Of a stretch of DNA of 64,000 bases, positions 40,226-49,711 are shown piece after piece. This DNA comes from an uncultured Candidatus Rokubacteria bacterium (lineage in GTDB: Bacteria; Methylomirabilota; Methylomirabilia; Rokubacteriales; CSP1-6), in contig CAVXJS010000021.1 of NCBI GenBank assembly GCA_963762145.1, positions 576,001-640,000 on the forward strand. The letters run 5' to 3'. The notes under the pieces are model-generated. The model saw only the letters and a program-made list of their open reading frames with translations. It ran no database searches and was not told the DNA's origin. Position 1 is the stretch's first letter; each line of letters begins with the position of its first letter. A program made the translations under genes and the position numbers.

Positions 40226-40879
40226 GCTTTCACCTGGCGCCTGAACACGACATGGGTAGCCTTCTCCGAAGCCACATGCTCGACGCAGTCGTATCCCAGG
40301 GCGCGCAAGTCGACGCCTTCGAACAGCCGCTCGCCCTCGGCCCAACAGGATCGGAGCTATGGCCACGTGCATCTCATCGATGAGGCCTGCGCGAAGGTAC
40401 TGCTGGATGGTATTCGCGCCACCCCCAACCCGTACATCCATCCCGTTCGCTGCCTTACGGGCCCGGTCCAGCGCGTCCTGAACGCCGCCGGTGACGAAGT
40501 GGAACGTTGTCCCGCCTTCCATCTCAACCGGCGGCCGCGCGTGGTGAGTCAAGATGAAGACCGGAACGTGGTAGGGCGGGTTGTCGCCCCACCAACCTCT
40601 CCAGTTCATGTCGGGCCAGGGCCCCCGTATCGGACTGAACATGTTCCTTCCGAGAATCCACGCGCCGATGCCCGTGACTCCACGTGCCGCGAAGTCGTCA
40701 TCGATCCCGGTTGTGCCGTCCTCGGCCCCGAACAGGAGACGCTGGAACGTGCGCGTCGGAAGGGCCCACTGATGCAGATCTTCCCCGCCCACGCCGAGGG
40801 GATTGTCGATGCCTTGGCCGGGGCCAGCCCCGTATCCGTCAAGTGATATGGTAAAGCTCTCCACTCGGACTCGAGTCAT
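40222..40879 (-). CDS. Dihydrofolate reductase / RibD C-terminal family, frameshift near 40335
   Basis: ISLDGYGAGP, ILGRNMF, GWWGDNPPY, GGGANTIQQYL, IDEMH; the apparent fusion to DUF1801 is a frameshift artefact. Confidence 0.88.
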
Positions 40880-40905
40880 CTCAACCTCTTGTCAAGAGAC
40901 AGAAC

Positions 40906-41255
40906 ATGAACGAACACACGCCCATGAAACACGGCACCCTTTCTATCACACGACAGATCAATGCACCCCGCGAGTTGGTGTATGAAGCCTGGACGACACT
41001 TGAACATAGGAGACACTGGTTTGTTGGGCCGGCCTGGACCGAAATAGAAAGAAGCGTAGATTTAAAGGTGGGCGGACGAGAGATTGCGCATGGCCCAAGG
41101 ACACATCCGCCGCAACCGAGCTAACCTATACCGAGCAAGCGTTCTTCTTGGCCGGAGACTATGGAGCCGAGTCTCGCGAGAAGGGCACCAATGGGCTTCT
41201 GGACCAATTTGCGTCCTACCTAGGAACACTGCGTCGAACCGGACCACGCACATAG
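40906..41255 (+). pseudogene. SRPBCC/AHSA1 family gene with internal deletion
   Basis: N-part ITRQINAPRELVYEAWT..DLKVGGRE joined out of frame near 41095 to C-part TELTYTEQAFFL..REKGTNGLLDQF; middle missing. Confidence 0.7.
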
Positions 41256-41259
41256 CTCG

Positions 41260-41736
41260 CTAGGCATCACGCACGTCGAGACGGATCTGCGCGCCAGGAG
41301 GGAGATCCTTTATCTGCCTCCCCACATCGCCGCTCACCGCAAGCCACTCCAGCCGCGACTTGATGGTCATGTTCTCGACGTCATATGCCCCTCCGAGGAC
41401 CGGCCAGATCTTGAACCCATAGCATTGTCCCTCCCCCAGTGGTCTAAGCGCCGGCTCCGCCACCTCGATCCATGCATCGCCGGCCCAGTCGGTCTGAAAC
41501 TCCTGATCTGCCCACAGCTCGGGGATTGCCGATTCCGATTCGGCTACTTTCGCGGCCGTCACATCCTCGGGACACACGCGCCAGATGCTCCCATCGCTGA
41601 GCTCGACCAGCACGTTTCCAAAGGAATTTTGCGCCAGTACGCGGGTCGCCTCGGCCAACAAGGCCCACGACCACCTCGTCCGCAACACTTCGAGGACCGC
41701 AGGCACCTGTGCGGGGCTCTCCAACCAGTGGAGCAC
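41260..41736 (-). CDS. T6SS immunity Tdi1-like (DUF1851) protein
   Basis: NSFGNVLV, IWRVCPED, L.EGQCYGFKIWPVLGGAYDVEN, GDVGRQIKDLPPG. Confidence 0.75.
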   Translation of the reverse strand: MLHWLESPAQVPAVLEVLRTRWSWALLAEATRVLAQNSFGNVLVELSDGSIWRVCPEDVTAAKVAESESAIPELWADQEFQTDWAGDAWIEVAEPALRPLGEGQCYGFKIWPVLGGAYDVENMTIKSRLEWLAVSGDVGRQIKDLPPGAQIRLDVRDA

Positions 41737-41760
41737 ATCGCGATGGTCGCGCTTGGCGGC

Positions 41761-41910
41761 CTACTTCAGGATGGCCAGTTGCGCCCGCTCTCGCCCCGGC
41801 TCACCCGGTTCCGCACCGTAACGATCGAGCGCCTGCATGACCGCCGCTACGTCCGTCTCGCCAAAGAGACGGCGAACCATCGCAAGTACATCTTCGCGCT
41901 TACGGTTCAT
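41761..41910 (-). pseudogene. Short (49-aa), probably truncated hypothetical gene
   Basis: MNRKREDVLAMVRRLFGETD...ERAQLAILK*; below the ORF-track cutoff. Confidence 0.45.
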
Positions 41911-42078
41911 GGTCTCACGAGGGCTCGGGCCGCACTTGCGCCTATGACTTGTGAGCCGAGGCCATGAGCTTTACACGCGGGCACGGCAAGCAACATCACC
42001 TGGAGGCCACAGAGCGCGACGTAACCGTGGCTCGTCCCGAGGCGCGCTCGGGAGTAGAATTCGACCATCGTGTGCGGC

Positions 42079-42543
42079 ATGAGAGCATGGCTGCTCCTCG
42101 TCAGGCTACTACTCGTCGCAGGACTCGGCATCCTGCTCGCGGTACCCTCTCAGGGTGCCGGGCCGGCGGGGACGACGCGCGTCGTGGAGGCGGAGTACAC
42201 CGGCGACTGGGTCTGCCAGGCGCTCAGGCCGGGCTACAACATCCGGCCTCCCAGCGCCGATGCGTCGCAGCCGCTGACCAATAACATGACCACGCCGTCG
42301 ACGGTGACCGTGCTGAAGCTCACCCTCCGCACCGACCGGACCTACGTAGCCGCGGACGGCGGCGGGCGCTTCGCACTGGACCCGGCGGCCAAGACGATCA
42401 CCTGGCTGGACGGCCCGTACCGTGACGCGTTGACGAAGACGCAGCTGGGGCGCCGTGACAACGGCGCGCCCACGCTGGGATTCGTCAAGGACAAGCGCTA
42501 CTTTGGATGCTTCAAGCCGGAGCGGCAGGAGCGAGGGCGGTAG
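42079..42543 (+). CDS. Hypothetical secreted protein (opposite orientation to the array)
   Basis: Signal peptide MRAWLLLVRLLLVAGLG; TAGAAT -10-like hexamer upstream. Confidence 0.7.
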   Translation: MRAWLLLVRLLLVAGLGILLAVPSQGAGPAGTTRVVEAEYTGDWVCQALRPGYNIRPPSADASQPLTNNMTTPSTVTVLKLTLRTDRTYVAADGGGRFALDPAAKTITWLDGPYRDALTKTQLGRRDNGAPTLGFVKDKRYFGCFKPERQERGR

Positions 42544-42565
42544 CGGCGGGCGAACGCCGGGAGCC

Positions 42566-43320
42566 CTACGTGATCTCCTCCTGGCTCCGGAAGACATCCA
42601 GGAGCAGCTCCTCGAAGGTCCGGAAGGAGGCCACCCGCTCGTCCTCGAAGCCGAAGGTGACGACGTGGAAGTGGCGGTCACGCGTGTCGAACACGTACTC
42701 GTCCACGTTGCCGGCATTCCCGAGCACGATGACATGGGCCGCGGGACGTCCAGATTCTCCAGGACCAGGTTCTCCGCCTCCTTGAAGAACGCCCCGTTGA
42801 TCTGCGCGCCGTTGGTCAGCCTCAAGAGGCGCACGAAAGATTCCGGGACCTGTTCTCCCAGCCTCGTCCGGGCGTCGCGCTGGAGATTGAGGATGGCCGC
42901 TTCGCCAGCGCCGGGCCTCAGGTAGACGGCTCTCTCCGGATCCGCTCCCAGACGGGCCAGCGTGTCGTAGACACCGGAGGCAAAGCCCGCGTCGACGTAC
43001 ACCCAGGCCGGCCGCTCCGAAGCCAGCGTCACGCTCACGCGTCCGAAGCCGGCGGCCGCTTCCGAACGGTCGGCCGCCGCTAGCTCGGCGTCGGTGACCT
43101 CGAACAGCGTGCCGCCCACACGGCTCTCACCCCGGCAGGTGAACGTGACGCTGGCATGGTGCGTCCGGCCACTTGCCGCCACGACCCGCGGATCCTCGAT
43201 CGGGACCGACGACGCCTCGAACCCGACGAGCTCGTCCCTCGGGCCCCGAAGCAGCCTCCCCAGGATGGACCGTTGCACCTCTTCCTGCTGGAAGGTGCCG
43301 TACGAGAAGAGAAGCGGCAT
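42566..43320 (-). CDS. Gamma-glutamylcyclotransferase-like domain fused to an SMI1/KNR4-like domain, frameshift near 42735
   Basis: LLFSYGT..AWVYV (GGCT), then PGAGEAAI..VPESFVRLLRLTNG..GNAGNVDEYVFD..FRTFEELL. Confidence 0.65.
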
Positions 43321-43339
43321 GACAACGGGTTTCTTGCTC

Positions 43340-45040
43340 TCAGGGTTTCCAATCCACCGAGTGCTCCTCGAGGTAGGCGTCGACGGCGGCGCCCACGGTG
43401 GGATGGAAGCTCGCGGGACCGAAGTGCTCGAGCAGCTCGAAGCGCTTCAGCTTGTCCTTGACCGGATCCTTCATTTCCGCGAAGCGGATCTCGATGCCCG
43501 ATTCGCGCAGGGCCTGCTCCAGCTCGGCGAGCATGTCCGCCGAGGTCACGTCGATGCTGGTGACCGGCTCGGCGGTCACGATGATCCGCCGCACCGGCGT
43601 CGGCGATTGCGCCACGGCCTCGAGCACGCGCTGGTGAAACAGCTCGGCATTGGCGAAGAAGAGCGGCGCATCCCACCGGAACAGGACCAGGCCCGGAACG
43701 AGCCGCGCCTCGGGATAGCGCTTGATGTCGTGGAAGCCCCGGACGCCGTCGGCTCGGCCCAGCACGGCGTAATGTGGCCGCCAGCCGTCCCATAGAAATT
43801 CCATGACCGCGATGACGATCGCCAAGCAGATGCCGGGAATCGCCCCGAATGATGCGACGCCAACGAAGCAGACGACGGACAGCCAGAACTCCCAGCGCTG
43901 GATGCGGAAAATGCGGCGCAGGTCGGCGAATTCGAACAGACCGATAGCCGACGCAATCACGACGGCTGCCAGCGCGCTGCTGGGCAGGTCTTTCAGCAGA
44001 TTGGGTGCCACTAACAGCAGCAGCGCGACGGCCGCGGCGCCGACCACGCCGGTGAGCTGGGTCTTCGCGCCCGCGGCTTCGGCGACCGGCGTGCGCGAGG
44101 AGCTGCTGCTGATCGGAAACCCCTGGAACAGTCCAGCCGCCAGGTTGGCCGCGCCCAGACCGACCATCTCCTGGTTCGGATCGACATGGGAGCGGGTCTT
44201 GGCCGCATACGTGCGCGACAGGACGCTCGTATCGGCGAACGCCACCATGGCGACGGCGCAGCCGCCGATCACCACCTGGACGAGATCGGCGAGCTCGATC
44301 CACGGCAGCGCGAACGACGGCAGGCCTTGCGGCAGCGGACCGAGCACCTTCACCCCGGCGCTCTCCAGGCCGAGCGCCCCGACCACGACCGTGGCGCCCA
44401 CGACCGCGATCAGGAGGCCGGGGATTCGCTTCCAGGGCTTGAGCAGCAGGATCGCCGCCAGCGTCCCGGCGCCGACCGCGAACGTCGTCCAGTTGGCCTG
44501 GCCGCCCAGGATCGCCTGAGCGATCCGCAGGACGTCGCGCATCGGCCCGACGCTGTCGATCGAAAAGCCGAACAGCTTCGGCAGCTGGCTGATCAGCACG
44601 GTGAGCGCGATCCCGTTCATGTAGCCGTAGCGGATCGGCTTGGACAGCAGCTCGGTGACGAATCCCAGGCGCATCACGCCGATCAGGATGCACACCAGCC
44701 CGGACACCACCGCCATCATGCTCGCCAGGGCCACGGCCCGCATCGGGTCGCCGGCAGAGAGAGGCAGCACGACCGCGAGGATCACCGCGGCGAGCGCGGA
44801 ATCCGGCCCCAGCACCAGGATGCGGCTCGGGCCGAACAGGGCGTAGGCGAGCAGCGGGACGATGGTGGCGTACAGGCCGTAGATTCCCGGGACGCCCGAA
44901 GCCACTGCGTAGGCGATTCCGACCGGCACCAGCATCGTGGTCAGCACGAGGCCGGCCATCAGATCGTGCGGCAGCCAGACGGCCTCGTACCGGCCGAGCA
45001 TCTGCAGTCCGGGCAGCCAACGCTTCCAGCCGTTCATCAA
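43340..45040 (-). CDS. sulP: SulP family anion transporter with STAS domain
   Basis: DLMAGL, PVGIAYA, GLYA, GPDS, NQEMVGLGAANL, SSSRT, FFANA, IDVT. Confidence 0.95.
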   Translation of the reverse strand: MMNGWKRWLPGLQMLGRYEAVWLPHDLMAGLVLTTMLVPVGIAYAVASGVPGIYGLYATIVPLLAYALFGPSRILVLGPDSALAAVILAVVLPLSAGDPMRAVALASMMAVVSGLVCILIGVMRLGFVTELLSKPIRYGYMNGIALTVLISQLPKLFGFSIDSVGPMRDVLRIAQAILGGQANWTTFAVGAGTLAAILLLKPWKRIPGLLIAVVGATVVVGALGLESAGVKVLGPLPQGLPSFALPWIELADLVQVVIGGCAVAMVAFADTSVLSRTYAAKTRSHVDPNQEMVGLGAANLAAGLFQGFPISSSSSRTPVAEAAGAKTQLTGVVGAAAVALLLLVAPNLLKDLPSSALAAVVIASAIGLFEFADLRRIFRIQRWEFWLSVVCFVGVASFGAIPGICLAIVIAVMEFLWDGWRPHYAVLGRADGVRGFHDIKRYPEARLVPGLVLFRWDAPLFFANAELFHQRVLEAVAQSPTPVRRIIVTAEPVTSIDVTSADMLAELEQALRESGIEIRFAEMKDPVKDKLKRFELLEHFGPASFHPTVGAAVDAYLEEHSVDWKP

Positions 45041-45043
45041 TAC

Positions 45044-45640
45044 CTAGGGCAATCCCACCGAGATCCTCTCCAGGAGCTTCGTCGCGGCGTCGAACAGAAA
45101 GTACGTGTCGTGCCCGCTACGACGGAACCGAACGACGTCCTGGAATTCGAGTCCTGGGCTGGAACCGAGCCCGGCGGCCACTGCCTCTTTCCGCCGTTGC
45201 TCGCCTGACTTCACCTCGGGACTGTGCTCGGACAGTAGCTGCAGGACCTTCTCTTCATTCCACGTTGCGTCGACTGCGGGCTTGAGCTCACCAGCGAATC
45301 GTTGATAGTGCAGCTGGGAGCCCTTATCCCATGACTTGGAGAAGTAGATCGTCACGGTGGTGATCCTGTCCCCTTTGGCGGGCTGCTCGAACCGGAAGCT
45401 CAGGCCCGCGTCGTGAAAATGAACTTGTGGGCCGGTGACCCCCGCCATACCACGCTGAACCGCGCTCGGCCGACCGAGTAGGTCCGTGAGCTGGTCGATC
45501 GTGAACGTCGAGATCGGACGGCCGTCGATGCTGCCCGAAAGCACGTCGATCCCCACCGTCCGTGTGCTCTGGGCCTCAACCCCCGCCGCCGTCATTGCGA
45601 CCAGGAAAGCTGCGATGCACGCTCCGAACGTCCGCGTCAT
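45044..45640 (-). CDS. Hypothetical secreted protein
   Basis: GGAGGA RBS, signal peptide ending VEA-Q. Confidence 0.7.
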   Translation of the reverse strand: MTRTFGACIAAFLVAMTAAGVEAQSTRTVGIDVLSGSIDGRPISTFTIDQLTDLLGRPSAVQRGMAGVTGPQVHFHDAGLSFRFEQPAKGDRITTVTIYFSKSWDKGSQLHYQRFAGELKPAVDATWNEEKVLQLLSEHSPEVKSGEQRRKEAVAAGLGSSPGLEFQDVVRFRRSGHDTYFLFDAATKLLERISVGLP

Positions 45641-45731
45641 TGTCCTCCCCGGCTGAGCCAAGCTGCGGTCGATGCCCGATGCTGGCGTGCAGTCTATCAC
45701 CCGCGACCGTGCCATCACCCTCATGCCGGCG

Positions 45732-45751
45732 GCTGCAACCGGTTGTCAGGC
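45732..45751 (-). repeat. Half attC (R'' and L'' only)
   Basis: Minus strand GCCTGAC-AACCG-GTTGCAGC; the gene stop TGA lies in R''; other arm absent. Confidence 0.6.
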
Positions 45752-46603
45752 GCCCTGGGCCGTCTCGGAGTTTCTTGCGGTCATCAGCGCATTCAATTCA
45801 CGAAACGTGACCGTGTCGTCGGCAAACGCGAACGTTCCTTGCTCTGTGACCTCCCGCGCGGCGCGCAAGAACGCGGTCATCGCCGCCCGAAAGAATGTCG
45901 GTCCCAGACTGATACGCCGGACCCCCGCCTCGACCAGCTTGCCGACCGGAAAACATTGATTCTTCGGTCCCACCATCACTTTGAGCGGACGAGACACCGA
46001 TGCGCACACGGTCCGAATGGCAGCCAAGTCAGGCAGGCTCGGCGCGTAGAGCACATCCGCTCCGGCGGCGGCGAATGCCTGAAGACGCTCGATGGTGTCA
46101 TCGAGATCCGGTTGTCCGCGGAGAACATTCTCGGCACGGGCGGTCAGCGTGAACGCGAACGGCAGCGACCGTGCCGCCTCGACTGCGGCCCTTATGCGCT
46201 CCACGGCGTGGGATCTGGAGTAGATCGGACGGTGGGGATCGCCGGTCGCGTCTTCGATGGAGCAACCAACCAGTCCGACGGAGGCGGCGAGCCGAACAGT
46301 TTCGGCGACACTTTCCGGCTCGTTCCCATACCCGTTCTCCATGTCGGTCGATACCGGAAGATCGGTGGACTGGACGAGCGCACGCGCATGGGCAAGCACC
46401 TCCGCTCGCGTCACCGCGCCTTCGCCATCCCGCTTTCCAAGAGTGATTGCGAAGCCGCCACTGGTCGTCGCCAGTGCTTCGTACCCCAACCCGGCCAGCA
46501 TCCGCGCGGTGCCTGCGTCCCACGGGTTGGGGATCACGAATCCGCCCGGACGCTCGTGCAGCGCGCGAAACCGTTCGGCCTTGTCTGCTTGACTGACAAC
46601 CAT
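45746..46603 (-). CDS. Isocitrate lyase / PEP mutase family
   Basis: FRALH, PNPWDAG, ATTSGG, DMENGYG, SIED, TARAE, AGADVLYAP. Confidence 0.92.
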   Translation of the reverse strand: MVVSQADKAERFRALHERPGGFVIPNPWDAGTARMLAGLGYEALATTSGGFAITLGKRDGEGAVTRAEVLAHARALVQSTDLPVSTDMENGYGNEPESVAETVRLAASVGLVGCSIEDATGDPHRPIYSRSHAVERIRAAVEAARSLPFAFTLTARAENVLRGQPDLDDTIERLQAFAAAGADVLYAPSLPDLAAIRTVCASVSRPLKVMVGPKNQCFPVGKLVEAGVRRISLGPTFFRAAMTAFLRAAREVTEQGTFAFADDTVTFRELNALMTARNSETAQGA

Positions 46604-46633
46604 CGGTTCTCCCCTCATCAGCGTTGAGCGGAC

Positions 46634-46855
46634 TCACGGTGACTTCGGACGCGCCGATCCGCCGCCGCGTACGAGGTAGTACAGCCCCACCACCAGCAGC
46701 AATACCGCAAACACCAACCCAACCACCTGCCCGGCCCCGTAGGCCTCGGCTCCATCACCGGCACCACCCCCTGAAAGACGCCCCAAGAGAATCAGCCCGC
46801 CCCACAGTACGCCGATCGCGCCGAGGACCCGGTTACGCACTCTGCACCTCCTCAA
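46634..46855 (-). CDS. Small two-TM membrane protein (cassette)
   Basis: Two hydrophobic helices; immediately after the R' of attC 46868-46925. Confidence 0.65.
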   Translation of the reverse strand: MRRCRVRNRVLGAIGVLWGGLILLGRLSGGGAGDGAEAYGAGQVVGLVFAVLLLVVGLYYLVRGGGSARPKSP

Positions 46856-46867
46856 TCATGTAGAGAC

Positions 46868-46925
46868 GCCTAACGCTCAAGGTGAGCGGCAAGCGCCGCG
46901 CGTTCGCTCAAGCGTGGAGTTAGGG
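46868..46925 (-). repeat. attC site
   Basis: CCCTAAC-TCCAC-GCTTGAGC ... GCTCACC-TTGAGC-GTTAGGC; canonical 5- and 6-nt spacers. Confidence 0.85.
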
Positions 46926-46930
46926 CGCGG

Positions 46931-47227
46931 TCACTGCTCTAGAAGCGAGCAACGGATCCCACTGAGCTTCGTCACCATCCCCGTGGTTTCTGCACGCATT
47001 CGTGCGACATGTGGACCATCCCAGTGGACTTGGAAGGCCGCATCGTCCGCATAGACCTCGTAGAGCATCACGCTGCTCTCCTCGTTCCTCGGTCGGAGAA
47101 CGTCGAAACGAAGAGTGCCCGGCTCATCCTTGAGGCAACGATCGCGGTGGGCCATCAGCAGTGGCAAGAATGCCTCCATATGTCCCGGCGCAATCTCAAA
47201 GGTAGCGACGATCGCAAATTTAGCCAT
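46931..47227 (-). CDS. Antibiotic biosynthesis monooxygenase (ABM) family
   Basis: DEPGTLRFDV, LYEVYADDAAF.H...PH. Confidence 0.88.
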   Translation of the reverse strand: MAKFAIVATFEIAPGHMEAFLPLLMAHRDRCLKDEPGTLRFDVLRPRNEESSVMLYEVYADDAAFQVHWDGPHVARMRAETTGMVTKLSGIRCSLLEQ

Positions 47228-47299
47228 CCTGTTGCTCCTCACTACTGCCACGCCAGTTGAACCGATACACAAGCACGCTCCCTTGTCGCTCCCACGCCC

Positions 47300-47320
47300 G
47301 CTAAAGCATGGGGGTTAGGT
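47300..47320 (-). repeat. attC remnant (R'' side)
   Basis: ACCTAAC 3 nt after the GNAT stop, followed by a degenerate L'' (GCTTTAGC). Confidence 0.5.
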
Positions 47321-47323
47321 GGC

Positions 47324-47761
47324 CTACCTCTCCCAGCCCTCAAGGGTTTTCTCCATCTCGCCACCGCTCGACGGGTACACTCGGTATCCGCGACGCTCGT
47401 ACCCAGCGACCAGACGGTTCTCGCTGATCCCATCGTCGATCGGACGCGGGTACAGCCGGACGCGTCTATAACCCGCTTGCCGGGCCAAGTCTTCGCCGAA
47501 CTGAACAAGCGCTGCTCCGATACCTCTCGATCGGAATTCGCTGAGCACGAAGACTTCGTATATCACTCCGAGGGCCACATCTGGATGGTCGTCAAACGAC
47601 AGGTAACCAGCCTCCTTGTCGTTGACCCTTGCTGCAAACTGGCGCGCATTGGGCCGTGCCGCGCGCTCCGCACGTCCCCGAAGTATTGGACTGGCCAGGT
47701 GACTCGGGCTCAGTATGGCCGCCACTCCAATGCTTGGCCTCCGGTTCACGGCGCTATCCAC
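47324..47761 (-). CDS. GNAT acetyltransferase; start uncertain
   Basis: IYEVFVLSEFRSRGIGAALV, LVAGYERRGY. Confidence 0.75.
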   Translation of the reverse strand: MDSAVNRRPSIGVAAILSPSHLASPILRGRAERAARPNARQFAARVNDKEAGYLSFDDHPDVALGVIYEVFVLSEFRSRGIGAALVQFGEDLARQAGYRRVRLYPRPIDDGISENRLVAGYERRGYRVYPSSGGEMEKTLEGWER

Positions 47762-48729
47762 CTGACGCTCCCGCTCATCGGCCGAACGACTTCGAGCGCC
47801 GGCGCGGACTCTTCGTCGTGGATCTCACCTTGCAAGCCCCGATGGATCGCCCAGGCTAGAAAGAATCCGATGTGGGTACCGCCATTCTCCGGAGGCAGAT
47901 CCGGTGGGTAGTCGCCGCCATACCGACCCGCCCGATGCAACTCGCCCATCGTCACGAGATGCCGGGTGAGGTGTTCTGGCAGCCCCGCCTTCTTGAGCTC
48001 GCGTTCCCAATCCTCGGCGGGGATGTCGGAGTACGTGACCTCCCGGTTGAGCGCGTCCGAGAACTCCCGGGCGACCCCGTGCATGTCCTGTGACCGCGGA
48101 CCGGTGAGTTCGTATACCCGGCCCAGATGCGGCCCGGGGTCGGCGAGAACGGCAGCGACCACCCGGGCGACATCAGCCGCCGCAACCGGAGAGGTCTTGC
48201 CCCGCCCGAACGGCACCTCGATGCGGCCTCGGGCACGCACGGTCGGAGCGGCCAGAGGGAGAAAGGTCTCCAGGAACATCGTCGGTCGGATGGTGACGAC
48301 CGGCAGGCCGGACCACGCGAGCGCCTGCTCACCGAGCCAGTGCTGCCGCTGCTGACCGCTCGAGGTGGTCTTCTGAATGCTCATCTGGGAGACGGTCATC
48401 TGCGACATGTTGACCACGGCGTCCACCCCGACTTCCCGGGCGACCACCGCCATGGTGACCGTCGCTTCCAGGTACCCGGCAGACACGGACATGCCGAAGT
48501 AGACTCGCCGACAGCCGCTGACGACCCGATAGACGTCGGCCGGCTCGAGGAGGTCTCCGACCACCACCTCCGCCCCGACGGCCCGTAGAGCTGCCGCCCG
48601 GTCGTCTTCGCGGCGCACCATGGCGCGAACCGGGAGCCCGCGATCGAGGAGCAGGCCGCAGACCGTTCGCCCCACCGCCCCGAGTTGACCGGCCGCCCCG
48701 GTGACGAGGATCGGTCCGTCATCGGTCAT
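47746..48729 (-). CDS. NmrA-family NAD(P)-binding protein fused at its C-terminus to a fragment of an unrelated gene
   Basis: ILVTGAAGQLG..YELTGP..HRAGRY then an abrupt switch near 47920 to GGDYPPDLPPENGGTHIGFFLAWAI. Confidence 0.75.
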   Translation of the reverse strand: MTDDGPILVTGAAGQLGAVGRTVCGLLLDRGLPVRAMVRREDDRAAALRAVGAEVVVGDLLEPADVYRVVSGCRRVYFGMSVSAGYLEATVTMAVVAREVGVDAVVNMSQMTVSQMSIQKTTSSGQQRQHWLGEQALAWSGLPVVTIRPTMFLETFLPLAAPTVRARGRIEVPFGRGKTSPVAAADVARVVAAVLADPGPHLGRVYELTGPRSQDMHGVAREFSDALNREVTYSDIPAEDWERELKKAGLPEHLTRHLVTMGELHRAGRYGGDYPPDLPPENGGTHIGFFLAWAIHRGLQGEIHDEESAPALEVVRPMSGSVRWIAP

Positions 48730-48741
48730 ATGACGGTTCCT

Positions 48742-49116
48742 TCACGCCAGCCCCTCCGGGGCGACCACGCCCATTGCTTGACGAAGACTGCGAGAGCCTC
48801 TTGGCATTCTCTCTAGCTCGGAGAAGACCGCCTCCCATTGCGGTGGATCAAGCCACTCGTACAGATGACCGTCGTCATCAACATCCATGGCTGGTGCCAG
48901 CAACTGCATGCGCGCCTGCCACGCGGCAAACGCCCGCCTGGATGCGACTGCCTCCCGGCGGCTCCGCCACATCAGCCCCATACCGAGTGCCATGGCTAGA
49001 CCAAATAGCGAAAGAAACAGAGGACTCCATGGCCGAGGCCGCACGACAACCAACACGAGAAGGAGCAGCGCCCAGAGAGCATAGTGCGCGAACTGAGAAC
49101 GCAGGAGCCTATTCAT
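48742..49116 (-). CDS. Hypothetical membrane protein
   Basis: Two N-terminal TM helices and an acidic C-terminal domain. Confidence 0.65.
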   Translation of the reverse strand: MNRLLRSQFAHYALWALLLLVLVVVRPRPWSPLFLSLFGLAMALGMGLMWRSRREAVASRRAFAAWQARMQLLAPAMDVDDDGHLYEWLDPPQWEAVFSELERMPRGSRSLRQAMGVVAPEGLA

Positions 49117-49143
49117 CGCTCTCTGACGCCGACACGCGTCAGC

Positions 49144-49326
49144 TCATGCCCTCGCGACCGCCTCACCACACTGAAGGAGGTAGCCATTGTTGTCATAGAT
49201 CGCACACTCGCGCATTCCGTAGTCGAACGTCTCAATGGGATAACACACGCGAGCTTCGTTCTTGAGGCGGGACCAGAGGCCGTCGACATCGCTCACACGA
49301 AAGTAGAGCGACCCGGTGAACGCCGG
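49144..49326 (-). pseudogene. C-terminal half of a VOC/bleomycin-resistance family gene
   Basis: PAFTGSLYFRVSDVDGLWSRLK...IETFDYGMRECAIYDNNGYLLQCGE; no N-terminal half. Confidence 0.75.
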
Positions 49327-49344
49327 GGCCGGGTCTCTCTACGT

Positions 49345-49650
49345 TCATTGAATCCCCTCAGAGTCCTGGCTAGCCGGGTAGAAGGCAAAACCAGGCGTTA
49401 CATCTGGAACATCCTCGACTCCAACCTCGTCAATATCCTCCACATAGATGATCGGCGGATCAGCGCGCTCGTTGAGCACGCTACGGCCAAGCTTTGGATC
49501 CTGTCTGATGATCTCGACTGCGGCACTCTCTGCCTCGATCTCGCTGGCCGCTTGGACAAAACGCGTCGTGAAAAACCCAACACACTCGGGACCGGTATCA
49601 TGCCGAAGCCAGAAGTTCCGGCCACGCACCAACACCCGGTAGTGCGGCAT
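49345..49650 (-). CDS. Hypothetical protein (cassette)
   Basis: GGGGAG RBS; MPHYRVLVRGRNF..GFFTTRFV..PGFAFY; follows a GTTGGAC core. Confidence 0.75.
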   Translation of the reverse strand: MPHYRVLVRGRNFWLRHDTGPECVGFFTTRFVQAASEIEAESAAVEIIRQDPKLGRSVLNERADPPIIYVEDIDEVGVEDVPDVTPGFAFYPASQDSEGIQ

Positions 49651-49665
49651 CTCCCCATCCACTCC

Positions 49666-49687
49666 GTCCAACAGACCAACGTTCAGC
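49666..49687 (-). repeat. Half attC (L' and R' only)
   Basis: Minus strand GCTGAAC-GTTGGTCT-GTTGGAC directly upstream of a cassette gene. Confidence 0.45.
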
Positions 49688-49711
49688 GCCTGAACGGGCG
49701 ACGGTCCAACC

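Noticed and set aside
39884-40879. Apparent DHFR-DUF1801 fusion ORF
   Set aside because: A frameshift near 40335 restores a normal DHFR end whose TGA overlaps the DUF1801 ATG
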